The position numbers and the translations under genes were made by a program. From the NCBI GenBank assembly GCA_964365645.1, contig CAYIQU010000001.1, positions 1 through 26,470 of the forward strand: a stretch of DNA of 26,470 nt. The letters run 5' to 3'. Source of the stretch: an uncultured Hyphomicrobiales bacterium (GTDB lineage: Bacteria > Pseudomonadota > Alphaproteobacteria > Rhodospirillales > 2-12-FULL-67-15). The notes beneath the pieces were generated by a model. It worked only from the letters and a program-made list of their open reading frames with translations, did no database searches and had not been told where the DNA came from. Of this stretch, positions 23,811-26,470 are shown one piece after another (within the stretch, counting starts at the first letter, position 1; each line of letters begins with the position of its first letter).

Positions 23811-25244
23811 TCAACGGCCGTGCCTGGCGAAATAGGGCCCGAACAGGTCTTCTTCCGAGGGCTTGTCTTCGGCGATCACGGTCGAGAGATGGGTGATGTT
23901 GATGAAATGGCGGTAATTGAGATTCTCGCTGATGCTGTTGCCGGCCCAGGTGCCGCATCCCATGCTCAAGGTGAAATTGAGGCCGTTGTTGAAGCTGCCG
24001 CCGTTGCCGAAGGTGTGCGCCTGATTGACCAGCACGCGCACGACGTCCAGTTCCGCGGCCAGCCGGCAGGGATGATCGGGATTTTGAGTGTGGATACCGC
24101 ATGAATGCCCGGCGCCCTGATGGTTGAGGATAGCGCGCACCAGCCGAACGGCGTGGTCGAAGTCCTTGGCCCGGTAGACCGCAAGCGCCAGCGAAAGTTT
24201 TTCCCCCGAGAACGGATATTCCGGCCCGATCCCGGTTTCCTCGACCATGAAGAATTTGGCGCCGCGTGCCTCTGCCGGAAGCCCGGCCTGCTCGGCGAAC
24301 ACGTCGGCAGGCTTGGCGATCAGGTGCCGATTGAGCGCCCCGTTGACCCAGAGCTTGGTCTGGATCGCGGTCTTCTCCGCGGGACTGGCCATGTAGCCGC
24401 CCGCCGCGCGCAGGGCGGCGATTGCCTTGCCATAAACATCATCGAGAACGATGAGTGAATTTTCCGACGAGCAGGAGGTGGCGTTGTCGAAAATCTTGGA
24501 GGCGCAGATCTTGGCCGCCGCGTCGGCCAGATCGGCCGTCGAATCGACGATGACCGGCACGTTGCCCGCACCGACGCCGATGGCCGGCTTACCCGAGCGA
24601 TAGGCGCGGCGCACGTTGTCCTGCGAGCCGGTGACCACGATCAAGTCACACGCGTCCATCAGCGCCTGAGTCAGGGTCTTGGAGATGGGCGACGGCAGCA
24701 CCTGGACAAGATCGGCGGGGTGGCCGGCGCGGGTTAGCTCAAAACGCATCATCTCCACCACCCGCGCGGTGGTCGATTGGCCGGCGGGCGACGGCGCGAT
24801 GATGATGACGTTGCGACCCTTGACGGCCATCATCGCCTTGTTGGCGGGCGTGGCCGCTGGATTGGTGGACGGGCAGATAGCGCCCACCACGCCAACCGGC
24901 TTGGCGTATTTGACGATGCCTTTCTTCGCGTCTTCCTCGATAATGCCGACGGTGCGCGCCCGCAGAAGATCGCGCAGGGCGCCGAAGGTCTTGCGCTGGT
25001 TCTTGATGATCTTGTCGGGCACGTTGCCGAGCCCGGTATCCCGCACCGCCATTTCCGCCAGATCGCGGGCGCGGACCGGCTCGTAGATGGCCCAGGCCAG
25101 CGCGCGCACGGCATCATCCACGGTTTCCTGGCTGGCCCCGGCAAAGGCGGCCATGGCGGCGCGGCCGCGGCGGACCAATTCGGCGACGGCGGCCTGATCC
25201 TTGGCCGTGTCTATGTCCTTGGCGGGGGGTGAAACGTGGCTCAT
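23811..25244 (-). CDS. sauS: Acylating sulfoacetaldehyde dehydrogenase
   Basis: Acylating ALDH motifs DKIIKNQRKT, PVGVVGAICPSTNPAAT, VTGSQDNV, GVGAGN, catalytic SKIFDNATSCSSENS, SGEKLS and LSMGCGTW. Context with a CoA ligase and xsc. Confidence 0.88.
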   Translation of the reverse strand: MSHVSPPAKDIDTAKDQAAVAELVRRGRAAMAAFAGASQETVDDAVRALAWAIYEPVRARDLAEMAVRDTGLGNVPDKIIKNQRKTFGALRDLLRARTVGIIEEDAKKGIVKYAKPVGVVGAICPSTNPAATPANKAMMAVKGRNVIIIAPSPAGQSTTARVVEMMRFELTRAGHPADLVQVLPSPISKTLTQALMDACDLIVVTGSQDNVRRAYRSGKPAIGVGAGNVPVIVDSTADLADAAAKICASKIFDNATSCSSENSLIVLDDVYGKAIAALRAAGGYMASPAEKTAIQTKLWVNGALNRHLIAKPADVFAEQAGLPAEARGAKFFMVEETGIGPEYPFSGEKLSLALAVYRAKDFDHAVRLVRAILNHQGAGHSCGIHTQNPDHPCRLAAELDVVRVLVNQAHTFGNGGSFNNGLNFTLSMGCGTWAGNSISENLNYRHFINITHLSTVIAEDKPSEEDLFGPYFARHGR

Positions 25245-25350
25245 GGGCGCCTGCCTTTTCCGAACTACGGCCGCCTCGGAAAAGGCCGGCCGACGGCCAA
25301 CCTACACTTCATAAAAACGTTATAAAAACGAATAAGATTGTTCCTTAAGT

Positions 25351-25363
25351 TCAAATATTTTGA
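25351..25363. promoter_or_regulatory. LysR-type recognition site (T-N11-A with dyad symmetry)
   Basis: TCAAA-TAT-TTTGA in the AT-rich gap between divergent sauS and lysR. Tandem ATAAAAACG repeats (25311-25319, 25322-25330) lie toward sauS. Confidence 0.55.
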
Positions 25364-25395
25364 TGTAATAGTCCCCCGGAGACGCGGAGACGACC

Positions 25396-26292
25396 ATGAG
25401 CATTCGCAGCCTACGCACACTGATCGCGGTCGCCGACCACGGCAGCTTCGTCGCCGCCGCCCGCGCCGTCGGCCTGACTCAATCGGCAGTCAGCATGCAA
25501 TTACGCGGACTGGAAGACGAGCTGCGCGCCGAACTGTTCGACCGCGCGCGCCGCCCTCCCACGCTCAACGACCGCGGCCAGGCGCTGGTGCGCCGCGCCC
25601 GCGACATCGTTCTGCTTTACGAGCGCCTGGGCGAGCCGGTCGAGGACGACGGCATGGCCGGTCTGCTCGATTTGGGCGCGGTGCCCACGACCCTTTCAGG
25701 CGTGGTGCCCCGCGCGCTCGCCGGATTGCAGCAGGTCCACCCGCGCATCGCCGTCAATATGGTCAACGGCATGTCCGGCGAACTGGTCGATCGGGTCAAG
25801 CGCGGGGAACTAGACGCCGCCATCGTCAGCGAGTCGGATCGCTTGCCGTCGGGGCTCGCCTGGCATCCGGTGGCGACGGAGTGGATCGTTGTCGCGGCGC
25901 CGCCGCAAAGCGTCGAGAAAACCGATCGGGACCTACTGGCAGCCTGGCCCTACATCCGCTTTAATCGCCGCGCCTGGGTCGCCAATCCGATTCAACAGAG
26001 CCTGCGCCGACGCAAGATCCGGCCGCGCCAAGCGATGGAACTCGATTCCCTGGAATCGATCCTGCTCATGGTCTACTACGGCCTCGGCGTTTCGGTGATT
26101 CCACAGCGTTGCGTCGAGGGGCCGCACCCGCTCCCCATCCGTTATATCCCGTTCGGCGATCCACCACTCGCCCGCCGCATCGGCTTGCTCGAACGCGCCG
26201 GAAATCCCAAGGCGAAACTGACCGCCGCCCTCCATGTCGCCTTCAAGAACCTAGCGATCAAGGATGGGGTGCCCGCGAAAGCGCCGGCCTAA
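25396..26292 (+). CDS. LysR-family transcriptional regulator, divergent from sauS
   Basis: N-terminal wHTH (LIAVADHGSFVAAARAVGLTQSAVSMQLRGLE…LFDR), substrate domain GELDAAIV and ESILLMVYYGLGVSVIP; 298 aa. Confidence 0.96.
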   Translation: MSIRSLRTLIAVADHGSFVAAARAVGLTQSAVSMQLRGLEDELRAELFDRARRPPTLNDRGQALVRRARDIVLLYERLGEPVEDDGMAGLLDLGAVPTTLSGVVPRALAGLQQVHPRIAVNMVNGMSGELVDRVKRGELDAAIVSESDRLPSGLAWHPVATEWIVVAAPPQSVEKTDRDLLAAWPYIRFNRRAWVANPIQQSLRRRKIRPRQAMELDSLESILLMVYYGLGVSVIPQRCVEGPHPLPIRYIPFGDPPLARRIGLLERAGNPKAKLTAALHVAFKNLAIKDGVPAKAPA

Positions 26293-26470
26293 CCTAATGT
26301 TTGCGCTAATCGCACCGCCGTCGCGCGCAACGCATTGACGTGCTCCATGGCATGGGCAAAACGGCGCCGTCCTAGACGCAATCGCCGAAACCACGTAATA
26401 CTCCTTCCGGCTGTTACGGAACTCTAAGTTCCATTTTGTAAGAATATGAATTTTAATTCCGCGGAGCGCC

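Noticed and set aside
953-25244. Selenocysteine or other stop-codon recoding
   Set aside because: The redox-motif positions checked (FS0 third ligand, metal ligand, sensor Cys) are ordinary codons. The TGA stops examined at gene junctions mostly overlap or closely precede the next start, so no read-through is needed.
1-26470. tRNA, rRNA, CRISPR array, transposase or integrase
   Set aside because: Nearly all of the window is protein-coding, and the short intergenic gaps show no cloverleaf, regularly spaced repeat array or recombinase motif.

Overview
A GC-rich window, probably alphaproteobacterial (inferred from gene content and composition), with two main minus-strand blocks. Block 1 (953-17266) is an apparent 17-gene operon. 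It encodes a Tat-exported Mo/W-bisPGD oxidoreductase complex in ttr-like B-C-A order (4Fe-4S subunit, NrfD-type anchor, 886-aa catalytic subunit) plus a TorD-type chaperone. Ten accessory genes follow, mostly joined by overlapping or near-abutting start/stop codons: GT4 glycosyltransferase, methylglyoxal-synthase-like protein, two exported rhodanese-fold proteins lacking the catalytic Cys, polyferredoxin, monoheme and pentaheme c cytochromes, two different Mrp/NBP35 ATPases and a HisA/HisF-like barrel. The block ends with an AioXSR/ArxXSR-like sensing triad (Cys-containing periplasmic oxyanion-binding protein, HAMP kinase, sigma54 activator). A sigma54 promoter and candidate enhancer palindromes lie upstream of the first gene. 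The catalytic subunit belongs to the Cys-ligated Psr/Ttr/Arr/Arx/Srr lineage but lacks the ArrA and ArxA signatures, and it has Asp in place of the third FS0 Cys. Its substrate cannot be read from the sequence. Block 2 (18713-25244) is a sulfoacetate desulfonation operon (sauS, ADP-forming CoA ligase beta/alpha, xsc, ackA) with a divergent LysR regulator. A nitroreductase lies between the blocks and a truncated PLP enzyme sits at the left edge. I found no RNA genes, CRISPR arrays, transposases or integrases. All family calls come from motif recognition; no database searches were run.
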